Shown here in pieces: positions 9,033 through 16,921 of a stretch of 59,939 nucleotides of DNA (its first letter is position 1; each line of letters begins with the position of its first letter). The stretch covers positions 1 through 59,939 of the IMG/VR virus record IMGVR_UViG_3300032313_001910. One strand, 5' to 3'. A program made the translations under genes and the position numbers. The notes beneath the pieces were generated by a model, which saw nothing but the letters and a program-made list of their open reading frames with translations, did not search any database and had not been told where the DNA came from. The stretch is from a virus. Its lineage: Duplodnaviria > Caudoviricetes.

Positions 9033-10484
9033 ATCTTGAACCCCTGCAAAAGGATCTCCTTTTGCTTCTCTAGGAGAATATCCTTCTGGACGATCAGTTA
9101 TAACAAAGTCTTCAGAAGGGTCTACGATTAATCCCGCATGACTTAAAAAGTCCCTATTAAGAAGTAACGGAGTACTCTTTTCTGTTCTGTCAACTAAAGA
9201 GAACTTAACTTTCTTGTAAACTATCCCTGAAAATTCAACCTCTAGGTTTATAACTGACCTATGATGTATTTTTTCTCCAACTTCTGCTTTCGAGGTCCCT
9301 GTGATTTTGTTTCTGAATTCACTACCTCCAAGTTTCCAGTAAACGTATCCTTCAGCCTCTTCTATTTCATCTGCGTGTAGAGAACAAGAGGTTGCGCCGT
9401 TACCAGTATCTAGTTTTGCTACGAAAGTACCTACCCCAGGAAGATTAACCATTTCTCTAAAACCTGCGGTTTTCTTAGGTTTAACCCAGTTTTTCTTGTC
9501 TAATAAAAAGTCAAGAACAATATCGGTTACCTTTATTCCTGTAGTTTTTTCAATCCCTGTTGTTCCAGGAGAGGAATTAACTTCTAGAACGTATGGTTTT
9601 TCTGAATCCTTACTTACAATAATATCAACACCACACCATAAACATCCGGTAGCTTTTGCGGATTCTATCGCTATTTTTTCTATCTCTGTGGGAAGATCTA
9701 CCATTTCAGTCTCCCCTCCCAATGAGAAGTTTGTTCTAAAATCTCCCTTAATCTTTAATCTTTTCATCGCTGCTATGACTTTATAGTTCCTACCAGACAT
9801 TCCATCGCTTTCAGCTAAAACGTGTATTCTAAGGTCATATTCAGCGTCAACTTTTTCTTGTAAAACTATTTCTGTCACAGGAGATAAGTGCCATAAAGCC
9901 TGTAAAGTGGAAATCAAAGAAGGACGGGAATCTATCATAAATACCCCTATTCCTTTAGTACCGGAAAGAAATTTACAAATAACTGGATATTTTCCCCCCA
10001 CCTCTCCCAAAGCTTTGTCTACATCACCCTCGGATGAGATCAACGATGTCTTAGGAACAGGAATACCTGCTAATTCTAATTTTCTGGTGGTCTGAAGCTT
10101 ATCTTCACAGATAATAACAGAATCATAGGAGTTAACACAAGGAAATCCTAGTTCTTCCATCTTCTGGAAAAATCCTTTAGCTGCGTTGTTTTTAATGGAA
10201 GATCTCCTGGTTAAAACTACGGTTTTGTCTAGATAAATTTCTTGCGGTTTTGATCCCCTTGATGATATCAGAAAAGTTCCTTTTGGAGTTTTTTGTATAG
10301 ATCCCTTTTCGGTGTCTATAATTATACACCTAACATCCTTTTCTTTGCATATCTGCATTATCTTTTCTGTGGTTGGTGCATTGATTTTTCCTTTACCTAA
10401 TTTGGTAGTTAGAATGACAATTGTAAGGGGTCTTTCTTTGCTTTTTATTCCCTTAAAAACGAATTTTTCTAATATCTCTTCCAT
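9006..10484 (-). CDS. rimK: RimK-family ATP-grasp ligase fused to a C-terminal retropepsin-like (RimB-type) protease
   Basis: CEDKLQT..LELAGIPVPKT, GTKGIGV, LQEKV, DLRIHV, FRTNFSLGG, GVDII and LEVNSSPG mark the ligase. The C-terminal AKLDTGN..CSLHA and FSLVDRTEKSTPLLLNRDFL mark the protease. Confidence 0.88.
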   Translation of the reverse strand: MEEILEKFVFKGIKSKERPLTIVILTTKLGKGKINAPTTEKIMQICKEKDVRCIIIDTEKGSIQKTPKGTFLISSRGSKPQEIYLDKTVVLTRRSSIKNNAAKGFFQKMEELGFPCVNSYDSVIICEDKLQTTRKLELAGIPVPKTSLISSEGDVDKALGEVGGKYPVICKFLSGTKGIGVFMIDSRPSLISTLQALWHLSPVTEIVLQEKVDAEYDLRIHVLAESDGMSGRNYKVIAAMKRLKIKGDFRTNFSLGGETEMVDLPTEIEKIAIESAKATGCLWCGVDIIVSKDSEKPYVLEVNSSPGTTGIEKTTGIKVTDIVLDFLLDKKNWVKPKKTAGFREMVNLPGVGTFVAKLDTGNGATSCSLHADEIEEAEGYVYWKLGGSEFRNKITGTSKAEVGEKIHHRSVINLEVEFSGIVYKKVKFSLVDRTEKSTPLLLNRDFLSHAGLIVDPSEDFVITDRPEGYSPREAKGDPFAGVQDLQTGEDTE

Positions 10485-10494
10485 GTGATATTTC

Positions 10495-10502
10495 TATATA
10501 TC
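10495..10502 (-). promoter_or_regulatory. Putative late promoter GATATATA
   Basis: TATATATC on the + strand, 10 nt before the rimK start and right after a minus-strand terminator. Confidence 0.65.
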
Positions 10503-10504
10503 CG

Positions 10505-10532
10505 AAAAAAATAAAAGCCCGATTAGGGCTTT
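10505..10532 (-). terminator. Rho-independent terminator after the acidic-protein gene
   Basis: Minus strand reads AAAGCCC-TAATC-GGGCTTT followed by TATTTTTTT. Confidence 0.75.
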
Positions 10533-10555
10533 AGTTCTTTTTATGTGTTTAGTTA

Positions 10556-11221
10556 TTAAAAGAATTTATCGAATCTAATAACTTTTACTTCTTCCTCTTG
10601 TGGTTCATCTTCGAGCTCTGATTCATCTTCATCTTCGCTTTCTTCATCTTCGTCCTCGTCTTCATCCTCGTCTTCATCCTCGTCGTCTTCGTCCTCTTCT
10701 TCAGAATCCTCGTCTTCATCCTCATCTTCATCCTCGTCGTCTTCGTCCTCATCTTCATCCTCGTCGTCTTCGTCCTCTTCTTCATCCTCGTCGTCTTCGT
10801 CCTCTTCTTCAGAATCCTCGTCTTCATCTTCATCCTCATCTTCATCCTCGTCGTCTTCGTCCTCTTCTTCAGAATCCTCGTCTTCATCTTCATCCTCATC
10901 TTCATCCTCGTCGTCTTCGTCCTCTTCTTCAGAATCCTCGTCGTCTTCGTCCTCTTCTTCAGAATCCTCGTCGTCTTCGTCCTCTTCTTCAGAATCTTCC
11001 TCTGAGTCCTCGTCTTCTGTTTCTGTAGATTCTTCTCCAGATTCTACTTCCTCTGTGTCCTCGTCCTCTACATCTTCAGATTCTTCCTCTGAATCGTCTT
11101 GGATTTCTTCTTCTTTTTCTTCTTCCTCTTCTACTTCAAAATCGTATTTTTTACCGAAGTGTTTAAATTTTCCTTCGTTTTGTTGGAAGAATTCATTAAA
11201 GGATAAAACTTTTTTTTCCAT
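10556..11221 (-). CDS. Extremely acidic Asp/Glu-repeat protein with capsid-targeting-like termini
   Basis: Non-repetitive ends (MEKKVLSFNEFFQQNEG; EVKVIRFDKFF) flank about 180 residues of mostly D/E/S. It is co-oriented with its neighbours and followed by a terminator. Confidence 0.8.
   Translation of the reverse strand: MEKKVLSFNEFFQQNEGKFKHFGKKYDFEVEEEEEKEEEIQDDSEEESEDVEDEDTEEVESGEESTETEDEDSEEDSEEEDEDDEDSEEEDEDDEDSEEEDEDDEDEDEDEDEDEDSEEEDEDDEDEDEDEDEDEDSEEEDEDDEDEEEDEDDEDEDEDEDDEDEDEDEDEDSEEEDEDDEDEDEDEDEDEDEESEDEDESELEDEPQEEEVKVIRFDKFF
10620..11000 (-). repeat. Low-complexity tandem repeats encoding DSEEEDEDDE / (ED)n
   Basis: Repeated + strand units such as TCTTCAGAATCCTCGTCGTCTTCGTCCTC and TCATCCTCATCT. 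Confidence 0.9.
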
Positions 11222-11236
11222 CTTTTTATTTTTTTT

Positions 11237-11485
11237 TTATCTTGTTGTTCCTGTATCTGCGTCTCCGCTTTCAACTGCTCCTTTTCCTGGATAGTCTATT
11301 TTAGATGTGTTATTGAAAACTGCGTCTTTGTAACCCACGTAATCGTAGGCAGGTTCAGGATTAATCTTGTGTAATCCTGTACGATCCTCACTACTCCAAT
11401 TTTTTGGATTCCATGGGTCTCTAGAAACTTCTAAAAATTCTTTGTAGTTTAGAACCTCTCTTTTTTTGATGTTTTTCTGATTCAT
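11237..11485 (-). CDS. Small protein with capsid-targeting-like motif
   Basis: REVLNYKEFLE near the N-terminus; promoter-like motif 7 nt upstream. Confidence 0.6.
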   Translation of the reverse strand: MNQKNIKKREVLNYKEFLEVSRDPWNPKNWSSEDRTGLHKINPEPAYDYVGYKDAVFNNTSKIDYPGKGAVESGDADTGTTR

Positions 11486-11492
11486 AATCTTT

Positions 11493-11500
11493 TATATATT
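11493..11500 (-). promoter_or_regulatory. Putative late promoter AATATATA
   Basis: Overlaps the stop of the upstream gene, 7 nt before ATG 11485. Confidence 0.5.
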
Positions 11501-12206
11501 AAAATTGAAGAATATTTCCCAAACCTGATTTCATTACTTTAGTGAAAATATCAGGATCTTTCGTTTCTGCTTTTTCTACCTCTCCTGCTAATTTTTGTTT
11601 GTCTGCCTGAGATATACCAGATCCGGATAAAATGTCGCCAAAATTAAATCCACAAATTTTATCAGAAATCATTTTTTCTATCCCACTTATAAAAGATGTG
11701 TTATTAATAGCATTGGTCAAAGCCTCTCTTAACGAAGAAACTATGGTTGCACCCATACCACCCTTTAAATCTATGTTTAGTCCAAGTTTAGGTAAAAGAT
11801 AGGAAATACCCCTTTCTTCCAGAGTTTCTAGTAAACCCTTTACTATTGCCTTGGACCAATTTTTACAGGATCCTTTTCCGAAATATTTTCCTAGTTCGGT
11901 AAAAGAAACCTCTTCAATTACGTTTCTTATAACCTGATAAAAAAAAGAGGGTTCTCCTTGTTCGTCAAATGGGTTAATTCCTAACTTCTCTGCCGCCCAG
12001 TCAACGACATACGTTTTAAATGTATCAGTAAAACCCCCTCCTAACGATCCTAAAAGGGAAGAAAAAATATTTTCATTAATTTCGGATTCGCTTAATCCGT
12101 CCACTTTCATTCGGAGGTATTCGTTTTCTAAAAGTTGAAGTCCTTGAGAAAATTCTACGTCTACTGAATTTTCGTTAATAAAATCTGTATATCTTTTTAG
12201 TTCCAT
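11499..12206 (-). CDS. Probable internal head/ejection protein
   Basis: Starts MELKRYTDFINENS; a second INE is followed by Gly-rich amphipathic helices. Confidence 0.6.
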   Translation of the reverse strand: MELKRYTDFINENSVDVEFSQGLQLLENEYLRMKVDGLSESEINENIFSSLLGSLGGGFTDTFKTYVVDWAAEKLGINPFDEQGEPSFFYQVIRNVIEEVSFTELGKYFGKGSCKNWSKAIVKGLLETLEERGISYLLPKLGLNIDLKGGMGATIVSSLREALTNAINNTSFISGIEKMISDKICGFNFGDILSGSGISQADKQKLAGEVEKAETKDPDIFTKVMKSGLGNILQF

Positions 12207-12225
12207 TTTGGAAAGCTTTTACATG

Positions 12226-12233
12226 TATATATC
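12226..12233 (-). promoter_or_regulatory. Putative late promoter GATATATA (divergent pair, leftward)
   Basis: 19 nt before ATG 12206, in a 61-bp divergent gap that has one copy on each strand. Confidence 0.7.
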
Positions 12234-12252
12234 GGTTTGATCCTATTTTTCT

Positions 12253-12260
12253 GATATATA
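12253..12260 (+). promoter_or_regulatory. Putative late promoter GATATATA (divergent pair, rightward)
   Basis: 7 nt before ATG 12268. Confidence 0.7.
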
Positions 12261-12267
12261 TAAGAAC

Positions 12268-12675
12268 ATGGGAAGAGTAAAACCATTAGACCTATATAAA
12301 AAGGATTTTCCGTCCCTCTTCGGACTAGAATTTGGAGAATATTACGAAACTCTAGAAGACTTCTTTTTAGAGGTTATAGATTCATATAGGGTTTCTTCCG
12401 AGAAAACTGGGATCAAGTATTTAAAACCAGAATGGTCCAGGATAAGATCCATACAGGGAGACCTTATAACAGTTAATCATTCCGGAGCATATTTAATTCC
12501 AAAGGGAGAAGAGTTTTTTATCCCATGTAAACCCGAATTTATTTCTAAAAAAGAGGAACCATCTTTTGATAAGTTTCCTATAAATTTCTTAAAGAAAATA
12601 GGAAAGGATGTTGTAGAAGGCCATTCCATGGGATTTGAAGACAGAAAAAAAATTATATTCACTAGGATATTATGA
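12268..12675 (+). CDS. Hypothetical protein
   Basis: ORF with an upstream motif and ATGA coupling to the next gene. Confidence 0.65.
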   Translation: MGRVKPLDLYKKDFPSLFGLEFGEYYETLEDFFLEVIDSYRVSSEKTGIKYLKPEWSRIRSIQGDLITVNHSGAYLIPKGEEFFIPCKPEFISKKEEPSFDKFPINFLKKIGKDVVEGHSMGFEDRKKIIFTRIL

Positions 12676-13223
12676 AAAAAATATTAGATTTTAGTGGCTT
12701 TATCAATGAAAGCACAGCAGCAGGAAACAGAGACCACACTTTTGAGGTCCCCTTTAAATTTTCTTCGAATGACCCTAAATATGGGTATAATTCAAAAAGT
12801 TTTGTAGACGATCTAAAGGCTGTCTTTTTAGAAAAACCTCGAATGAAAGAAGAGATTTTAAAATTCTTAAAAGATGTAAGCATCTATAATATAGATGACT
12901 TAGGAGCAAAGCCTTTTTCTTTCGTCAGTCAGTTAATACCAGAAATAGAAAGAATTATAGAAGCTGGAGATTATAAACCAGATGCAATTATGCCGGGTGG
13001 TGCTATTCTCTTTATTAGAGATAAAAAGATAGAGGGTGGAAAAATGGCAGATTTCTATCTAAATAACAGAGGCACAAAAATAGAAGTTGTTACAGACGAC
13101 CAAAACGGTAAAGATTCTGTCCTACGTTTTCATGTAGAGGATTTTCCATACGACCAGTTTGATTTCACCAAGGAAGAAAAAGAAGAGTTGGAAGCCTTGG
13201 TAAAGGCTAAAGGATATTACTAA
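12672..13223 (+). CDS. Protein with capsid-targeting-like N-terminus
   Basis: Starts MKKILDFSGFINES. Confidence 0.6.
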   Translation: MKKILDFSGFINESTAAGNRDHTFEVPFKFSSNDPKYGYNSKSFVDDLKAVFLEKPRMKEEILKFLKDVSIYNIDDLGAKPFSFVSQLIPEIERIIEAGDYKPDAIMPGGAILFIRDKKIEGGKMADFYLNNRGTKIEVVTDDQNGKDSVLRFHVEDFPYDQFDFTKEEKEELEALVKAKGYY

Positions 13224-13936
13224 ATCCTGTGGAAATTATTTAGAATTATCTCTATAGATTTTTCTTTTCCTATCTCAGATCCTACCTCCATGTCTATTTT
13301 ATCCGATAGATCTGCAATTAGAATGCAATCTGAATTTTCCGAATAATCCTTGACATTTGTTTTTAGAAACCCCTTTATTTTTCTGATCTCTTTGGTGGTT
13401 TCACACTTAGGATCCAAAAGCTCGGTCATCAATAAAGCAATATTGTCTTTTTTATTGACAGTAACCATAGAAAAAAACCAGGTAAACACTCTCATATGTT
13501 CTTCCTTATTTTTTCTTATGACAAGAAATCCTTGGTCCCATAAACTGTATCCTGAACAATAGCTCTCTACATTAACCCTAGAATTATATTCGATTTCAAG
13601 CTCCTTGTTTTCTTCTATAAATTTTTCTATGAGTTCTATAGAATCAATAACTATCTGCTCGATCTCTCCAATTTTTTCTATGTTTTTGTCTAGTATGTTA
13701 TAAAAGTTATCCTTCTCTGAATCTGTCATGTTCATCATGGATCTCTGTGAAAGTTCTGTTTTCTCGTCGAAAGATTTCAGATCCCTGTAAATTGATTGCA
13801 ATTCTCTGAAATTTTTTTCAAATTCCTTTTTCTTGAAGCTTTTTTTGATTTTAACAAGCTTCGCCATAAGGATGTAGTACTTATGTTCTAGATCGATAGG
13901 ATCCTCTATAAACCAATAAGGTTTCATCTTCTTCAA
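13220..13936 (-). CDS. Hypothetical protein (start may be ATG 13927)
   Basis: 238-aa ORF with N-terminal WFIEDPIDLEHKYYILM. Confidence 0.7.
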   Translation of the reverse strand: MKKMKPYWFIEDPIDLEHKYYILMAKLVKIKKSFKKKEFEKNFRELQSIYRDLKSFDEKTELSQRSMMNMTDSEKDNFYNILDKNIEKIGEIEQIVIDSIELIEKFIEENKELEIEYNSRVNVESYCSGYSLWDQGFLVIRKNKEEHMRVFTWFFSMVTVNKKDNIALLMTELLDPKCETTKEIRKIKGFLKTNVKDYSENSDCILIADLSDKIDMEVGSEIGKEKSIEIILNNFHRI

Positions 13937-13961
13937 TTTCCCTGTTCATTGTTCAATATAT

Positions 13962-13969
13962 TATATATT
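13962..13969 (-). promoter_or_regulatory. Putative late promoter AATATATA
   Basis: Intergenic, 25-34 nt upstream of the 13220..13936 gene. Confidence 0.4.
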
Positions 13970-14117
13970 GTCGAATGAAAAATATTCGATGTTTTATGAG
14001 AAAATACAAATTGTTAATAAAAAATTTCAGGAAAGATGAAACACTCCCCAAATCCTGGACTAAAATTTTTATCTAGTAAAAACTGGGTTTTGAACTATTA
14101 TTTATCTTAAGTGACTT

Positions 14118-14273
14118 ATGTGGCCCCAGATCTTAGTTGTAGCTTACTTCACACCAAACAATTCTTACCAAAGACTCTCGCAAAATCTTAAAGAGTCTCT
14201 CCAAAGCTTTAAATTACCACACTTAATCAAACCTGTGCAAGGCTTAAGATCTTGGGATACCACCTATCTCTGA
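14118..14273 (+). pseudogene. Truncated glycosyltransferase paralog (N-terminal 51 aa only)
   Basis: Hand translation MWPQILVVAYFTPNNSYQRLSQNLKESLQSFKLPHLIKPVQGLRSW aligns with KIIAYCTNDPYYLGLSKSFVKSCENFNLPYHLDIIESLGDW of the 14921 gene, then stops. Confidence 0.7.
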
Positions 14274-14301
14274 AGATCCAGAAATACGAATCACCAACGG
14301 G

Positions 14302-14931
14302 ATGAAGAAAAAAAGAACATATACGGAAGAGCAAAAGCTAAAACAAAAAGAGTCGATAGAATTGTGGAAGATAGCCAATAAAAAAGAGCTAAAGGAGAAA
14401 AACAAACTATATAACGAAAAAAATAAAGAAAAAATATCAATGTACCAAAAAGAGTATAGAGAATTAAATAAGGATAAAATAAGGGAGAAAAGAAAAGAAT
14501 ATTTTAAGGAATATAGAATATTAAATAAAGATAAAATAGAAAAAAGAAGAAAATTAAATTCTAAAAGGTATAATAAAGTTGGAAGAGAATCGACACTTAC
14601 AAGAAGAAAGAAAGATCCTGTATTAGATCTTCGATATAAAATATCTAAATTAATATGTATTTCTTTAAAAAATGGAGGTTATACAAAAAGATCTAAAACA
14701 TATCAAATATTAGGTTGTAGCTATGAAGAATTTAAAACATACATACAAAGCAAATTCTCCGAGAATATGTCATGGGAAAATCACGGAGAATGGCATTTAG
14801 ATCATAAAATCCCAGCATCATCCGCCAAAGACGAGGATACACTAATTAGATTAAATCATTATTCAAATTTTCAGCCATTATGGGCAAAAGATAATATTAG
14901 AAAAGGAAATAAATTAAACTGTGAAATATAA
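14302..14931 (+). CDS. Free-standing HNH homing endonuclease
   Basis: K/R/E/Y-rich N-terminal repeats (YRELNKDKI), LGCSYEEFKTYI, MSWENHGEWHLDHKIP, LNHYSNFQPLWAKDNIRKGNK. Confidence 0.85.
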   Translation: MKKKRTYTEEQKLKQKESIELWKIANKKELKEKNKLYNEKNKEKISMYQKEYRELNKDKIREKRKEYFKEYRILNKDKIEKRRKLNSKRYNKVGRESTLTRRKKDPVLDLRYKISKLICISLKNGGYTKRSKTYQILGCSYEEFKTYIQSKFSENMSWENHGEWHLDHKIPASSAKDEDTLIRLNHYSNFQPLWAKDNIRKGNKLNCEI

Positions 14932-15541
14932 AATCATAGCATATTGTACGAATGATCCTTATTATTTAGGACTTTCTAAAAGTTTTGTAAAATCCTGTGA
15001 GAATTTCAATCTACCGTATCATTTAGATATCATAGAATCATTAGGCGACTGGTGTTTAAATACTCATTGGAAAGCAAAGTTTATTTATAAATGTATGAAT
15101 ACCATCGATTCTGAATATCTTTTATACGTGGACGTTGACGCAGTCTTTAAAGCTTATCCTCAAATCTTTGAAACATTAGATTGTGATATTGCTTATAGGA
15201 CGGAGAACTTTAGATGGAGAGCTGATGAAGCCCTTTCGGGCACAGTTTATTTCAGAAACAACGAAAAGGTTAAAAGGATGGTGGATCGGTGGATCAATCT
15301 TAACGAAGCCACTCCAGCAGAAAGAATGAAACCCGAAACATGGGAACAAAAAAATATGCAAAGGGCACAGAGAGAATTTAGTGACCTTGTTTATTATAAT
15401 CTTCCCCCAGAGTACACATTTATCACGGATCACACTAAAACAATGTATCCCGGATTATTTCCAGTCATTGAACATTTTCAAGCTTCTAGAGAGGTTCATA
15501 GAAATACGAATCAAAAATCCAATTTAAGAATAAGAAGATAG
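14921..15541 (+). CDS. GT-A fold nucleotide-diphospho-sugar transferase
   Basis: LLYVDVDAVF DxD motif, SGTVYFRN, LPPEY, VIEHFQASR. Confidence 0.75.
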   Translation: MKYKIIAYCTNDPYYLGLSKSFVKSCENFNLPYHLDIIESLGDWCLNTHWKAKFIYKCMNTIDSEYLLYVDVDAVFKAYPQIFETLDCDIAYRTENFRWRADEALSGTVYFRNNEKVKRMVDRWINLNEATPAERMKPETWEQKNMQRAQREFSDLVYYNLPPEYTFITDHTKTMYPGLFPVIEHFQASREVHRNTNQKSNLRIRR

Positions 15542-15542
15542 T

Positions 15543-16277
15543 ATGCGTCTTAAATATGCCGTTGTTAGTTCCGACTCTAATCCTGAATACCTAGATTTTT
15601 GGCCTTATGTGGCAGCATCATGGCAAAGAATCGGAATAGAACCCGTTCTTGTTTATATTGATTCTAAAGGGCCTGACCCAAACGTGGCAGAATATGGCAG
15701 AACAGAATATCTAGAATCTATTCCTGAATGGAGTATAATTCAGCAAGCACAATCCATCAGATTTTGGGCAGCAAGGCTACTCGATGCACCTTTTATTATC
15801 TCGGATATGGACATGCTTCCTATATCTAGGGATTATTTTGAAAGCGGAGCTTCCCAGATAGGTGAAAGCGGGATAGTCTCGTATTCTTCTGATATTATTA
15901 AGTATAGATGGTATCGCACTAATCCACAGTACCCTATGTGTTATCTTGCGGGGGATCCGCAGAGCTTCGTAGATTTACTAGACCTAAATGACACGGATCA
16001 CAAAGAGTTTCTTCGTAGATTAATGAGAATGGGTATAAGATTTGGGACAGATCAAAAGTTTTTTTATAACCAGACCCTTGCTAAATCCAAGTATCTCATT
16101 AAACATCTAGAAAGGGGATGGATAGAAGAAAAATATGCTTCTAAAAGACTGGATAAGGTGAACTGGCCAAAAACGGGGTATAATGTAGAGGAATATATAG
16201 ATTGTCATTTACCAAGACCATACTCATCAAATAGAGAAATATGTGACGAACTTTTTAAGAAATTAGGAATTAAATAA
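15543..16277 (+). CDS. Putative glycosyltransferase
   Basis: IISDMDMLP DxD motif, YPMCY, GTDQ, YIDCHLPRPY; glycan cluster context. Confidence 0.6.
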   Translation: MRLKYAVVSSDSNPEYLDFWPYVAASWQRIGIEPVLVYIDSKGPDPNVAEYGRTEYLESIPEWSIIQQAQSIRFWAARLLDAPFIISDMDMLPISRDYFESGASQIGESGIVSYSSDIIKYRWYRTNPQYPMCYLAGDPQSFVDLLDLNDTDHKEFLRRLMRMGIRFGTDQKFFYNQTLAKSKYLIKHLERGWIEEKYASKRLDKVNWPKTGYNVEEYIDCHLPRPYSSNREICDELFKKLGIK

Positions 16278-16921
16278 TGATCCCCAAATTAATATCTTTT
16301 TATACTGGTGACCCCTATTATGCTTCTAAAGCATCTGAGCTTAAAAACAGGTGTTATTCTCTTGGAATAGAGGTGGAAATATCAGAGGTCAGAAATCAAG
16401 GGGATTATTGGAAAAACACTCTGTATAAGCCAGTTTTTATTTATAAAAATCTCATTGAGAAAAAAGAGGATTTAATCTGGATAGATGTAGACACAGAGAT
16501 TGTTTCTAAAAATAGTGAGATGTTTAATTGGACATCGGATCTTTATTTTGCTTCACACACTGGTGAGATGGACGGTATAAAGGCTTCTCCTATAGGATTT
16601 AGATTTAATGATCGCACTCTGAGTTTTGTAGATGAGTGGAAAAGATGTTGTGAATTGAAAATTTCTTCAGGTGATGTGGATTTTGATCATGACGTTCTAA
16701 AGTATGATATTCTTCCACAATTTAAAGGGAGGGTTTCTCTACAAATAATGAAAGGAAATCTAGAGGCAAAAGAATTTACCAACGGCAACATAATTAATAA
16801 TGGTAATTCTAGGGTCCACGGAAAAGCACAACAAACCAGGCACGTTCTAAGAAAAAATAATTCTAGAAGTTCTTTGTTTGAGTGTTTAAAAAAAGAAGAT
16901 TTTATTTATGAATCCAAATAG
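16277..16921 (+). CDS. GT-A glycosyltransferase, paralog of 14921
   Basis: LISFYTGDPYY, WKNTLYKPVFI, IWIDVDTEI, ASPIGF, DFDHD. Confidence 0.7.
   Translation: MIPKLISFYTGDPYYASKASELKNRCYSLGIEVEISEVRNQGDYWKNTLYKPVFIYKNLIEKKEDLIWIDVDTEIVSKNSEMFNWTSDLYFASHTGEMDGIKASPIGFRFNDRTLSFVDEWKRCCELKISSGDVDFDHDVLKYDILPQFKGRVSLQIMKGNLEAKEFTNGNIINNGNSRVHGKAQQTRHVLRKNNSRSSLFECLKKEDFIYESK

Noticed and set aside
10585-11294. ORFs encoding His/Pro/Arg, Met/Lys/Thr or poly-Ser repeats (10600..11028 +, 10585..10905 -, 11055..11294 +)
   Set aside because: These are shadow frames of the D/E repeat. The D/E frame has meaningful termini, operon context and a terminator.
13937-14117. tRNA, structured ncRNA or group I intron in the largest intergenic gap
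   Set aside because: No cloverleaf or convincing conserved helices were seen by eye; a covariance-model search would be needed to exclude it fully.
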